Positions 61,955 to 64,000 of a stretch of 64,000 bases of DNA are shown here, one piece after another. The notes below the pieces were generated by a model that saw only the letters and a program-made list of their open reading frames with translations, was not told where the DNA came from and searched no databases. Origin of the DNA: Paramoeba atlantica. Taxonomy: Eukaryota > Protista > Discosea. The stretch is from assembly GCA_977017575.1 (NCBI GenBank), contig CDRNVI010000008.1, forward strand, positions 1 through 64,000, read 5' to 3'. A program made the position numbers and the translations under genes. The stretch's first letter is position 1. Each line of letters opens with the position of its first letter.

Positions 61955-62359
61955 ATGGTAAAGCCTACCGTACGACAGACCGTGGTAAAGAAGCGCAATA
62001 AGAAATTCTTCCGCGCACACGCCGATCGCTTCAACCGTCTTGCCAAGACCGGCTGGCGCCGCCCTCGAGGTATTGACTCCAACGTCCGTCGTCACTTCAA
62101 AGGGGTCCCGCTGACCCCTCGGATTGGGTACGGCAGTGCGAAGGCCACCCGACACGTGTGCCCGGATGGATTTCGCCGGTTTGTGATTCGCAACGTAGGG
62201 GAGCTGAACATGTTGACGATGCAGAATCGAAAATACTCGTGTGAGGTAGCGGCATGCATTGGGGCAAAGAAGCGCAAACAGATTGTGCAGCGCGCGAAAG
62301 AGTTGGATATTAAAGTAACCCGACCGAAGGCTCGTCTGAGAGAGGAGGAGAAGAACTAA
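61955..62359 (+). CDS. RPL32: 60S ribosomal protein L32 (eL32)
   Basis: VKKRNKKFFR.H.DRF, WRRPRGIDSNVRRHFKG, IGYGS, LTMQNRKYSCEVA, ARLREEE. Confidence 0.97.
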   Translation: MVKPTVRQTVVKKRNKKFFRAHADRFNRLAKTGWRRPRGIDSNVRRHFKGVPLTPRIGYGSAKATRHVCPDGFRRFVIRNVGELNMLTMQNRKYSCEVAACIGAKKRKQIVQRAKELDIKVTRPKARLREEEKN

Positions 62360-62617
62360 GGCAAGGGAGTGTTGTAAAACGAAAGAGGCTAAGGAAAATC
62401 TCATGTATGCTACGTGATACAAGGGAAATTTAAAAAACAGATTTGAAGTCGATAAGTAACAATACATGTACGTTTTGTAAATTATTCGTTGTTCCATTTC
62501 TTTGCGTGGTTTCCTTTCTTTAAGTAGTAAAAAAATCCCCTTTATCTCATCTTTCACACCTTATTTCCCTTCATAAAATTATATTTCCTTTCTCTCCCCT
62601 CCCCTCCTCCTCCTCTT

Positions 62618-63958
62618 ATGTCCACCGCTAAACTCGTCGACCTTGAAGACTTCGAGGACGACCAGCAGATCGTCCCCCCCTCCCTCCCCCTCTCCTCCGA
62701 CGGCCCCTCCGTCCCTGCCCCCTCCTACGCCGTCGCGCTCGGCGGGTTCAAGGACTTTTGTTTAAAGCCCGAACTCACCCGGGCCATCGCCGAGAACGGT
62801 TTCGAGCACCCCAGTGAGGTCCAGCACAAGGCCTTGCCTCAGGCTCTCCTCGGGAATGACATTTTAGCCCAGGCGAAATCCGGGATGGGCAAAACCGCGG
62901 TGTTTGTGTTTGCGCTGCTGGAACACATTGAAAAGCCCCCTGCGGATTCCGATAAGTATGTGCAAGCCTTGGTGCTGGTCCACACCCGGGAGTTGGCGTA
63001 CCAAATCGATCATGAGTTTACGCGGTTTAACCGAGCCCTGCCGCACTGTACCACCTGTGTGGTGTTTGGGGGGGTACCGGAGGAGGAGAACGCGAAGCTG
63101 TTTAAGGACAAGAAGAAGACCCCGTTGATTGTGGTCGGGACTCCGGGACGGACCCTGGCGCTCGCGACGAGGCTGAAAGTGATGGATTTGAATCATGTGA
63201 AGTATTTTGTGTTGGATGAGTTTGATCGGTGTTTGGAGGATCTTTCGATGCGTGCGGATGTGCAGGCGATTTTTATGAAGACTCCAAAGACGAAACAGGT
63301 GATGATGTTCTCGGCGACAATGTCGGAGGAGATGCGTAACCTCGCAAAAAAGTTTATGAACAACCCGTTGGAGATTTATGTCGATCAGCAGAGTAAACTC
63401 ACGTTGCATGGTTTGCTGCAGTATTATGTGAGTTTGGAGGAGAAGGTCAAGGCACGGAAGCTGCTGGATATTCTCGATGCCGTCGACTTCCATCAGTGTA
63501 TTATCTTTGTCAACAGCGTGATGCGCTGCGAGGCTCTAAGCACGCTGTTGAAAAAATGCGCTTTTCCCTGTGTCGCGGTGCACGGCCAAATGGAGCAAAT
63601 CGAGCGATTGAAGACTTACGATCAGTGTAAGGCGCAGAGCTCTAAAATTGTCGTCGCAACGGATCTGTTCGGCCGTGGAATTGATATTAATCGGGTGAAC
63701 TTGGTGATTCAATATGACATGGCGCACGATGCGGATACATATCTGCACCGCGTGGGGCGTGCCGGTCGGTTTGGGAACAAGGGTTTGACGATTTGTTTCA
63801 TTACTGACACAATGCACCGCACGAAGGTGGACTCCGGGGAGTGGAAGTCTGTGGAGGATAAGGATGTGTTGAAGGATGTACAGTCCCGGTTTGAGATTCA
63901 GATGGCGGAGCTTACCGATCTCGCGACCTTGGACAAAGGGAAGTACATGTTGTCTTAG
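62618..63958 (+). CDS. SUB2: UAP56/SUB2 DEAD-box mRNA-export helicase
   Basis: GFKDFCLKPELTRAIAENGFEHPSEVQH, AKSGMGKT, DEFD, MFSAT, LTLHGLLQYY, YLHRVGRAGRFG. Confidence 0.95.
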   Translation: MSTAKLVDLEDFEDDQQIVPPSLPLSSDGPSVPAPSYAVALGGFKDFCLKPELTRAIAENGFEHPSEVQHKALPQALLGNDILAQAKSGMGKTAVFVFALLEHIEKPPADSDKYVQALVLVHTRELAYQIDHEFTRFNRALPHCTTCVVFGGVPEEENAKLFKDKKKTPLIVVGTPGRTLALATRLKVMDLNHVKYFVLDEFDRCLEDLSMRADVQAIFMKTPKTKQVMMFSATMSEEMRNLAKKFMNNPLEIYVDQQSKLTLHGLLQYYVSLEEKVKARKLLDILDAVDFHQCIIFVNSVMRCEALSTLLKKCAFPCVAVHGQMEQIERLKTYDQCKAQSSKIVVATDLFGRGIDINRVNLVIQYDMAHDADTYLHRVGRAGRFGNKGLTICFITDTMHRTKVDSGEWKSVEDKDVLKDVQSRFEIQMAELTDLATLDKGKYMLS

Positions 63959-64000
63959 TTAAAGCAAAAAGCGGGTCTGCGGTATTTTTAAAAGTGGGTC

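Noticed and set aside
63200-63240. SUB2 motif II DEFD instead of DECD
   Set aside because: Retains DExD, and as I recall this variant is usual in trypanosomatid SUB2, so it is a lineage marker rather than a novelty.
26906-63958. Co-location of LEO1, TFIIS, CPSF30 and SUB2 as a functional mRNA-biogenesis cluster
   Set aside because: They are interspersed with unrelated genes; kinetoplastid polycistrons are not functionally grouped.

Overview
Intron-less eukaryotic DNA. About 33 protein genes all lie head-to-tail on the + strand, and the only recognisable minus-strand coding sequence is transposon debris. This layout, plus lineage-typical versions of RPS7, nuclear ATP9, CPSF30 (5 CCCH + 2 CCHC), anchorless GPI8 and DEFD-type SUB2, points to a kinetoplastid polycistronic unit. 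A reduced prokinetoplastid such as Perkinsela is plausible, but that is inference and no search was run. Housekeeping genes: UBP14/USP5, GPI8, OTU1, two tandem 2-oxoglutarate dehydrogenase E1 paralogs, IPK1, RPS7, ATP9, LEO1, a DEAD-box-like protein, eIF2-beta, an RNase III-like protein, an ABCD transporter, TFIIS, ERV46, CPSF30, RPL32 and SUB2. Most notable observations: (1) about 12 strand-symmetric C-rich to G-rich skew islands of 0.6-1.2 kb that override synonymous codon choice inside genes; (2) the two E1 paralogs have degenerated in complementary halves of the shared active site, suggesting an obligate heterodimer; (3) a diverse set of cut-and-paste DNA transposons (near-intact DD32E Tc1-like element nested in a hAT relic, two MITE families with two copies each, a Stowaway-like element) and a CRE-type retrotransposon relic; (4) fold-back or templated-insertion scars; (5) several possible pseudoenzymes or minimised proteins. 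All family calls come from motif recognition by eye.
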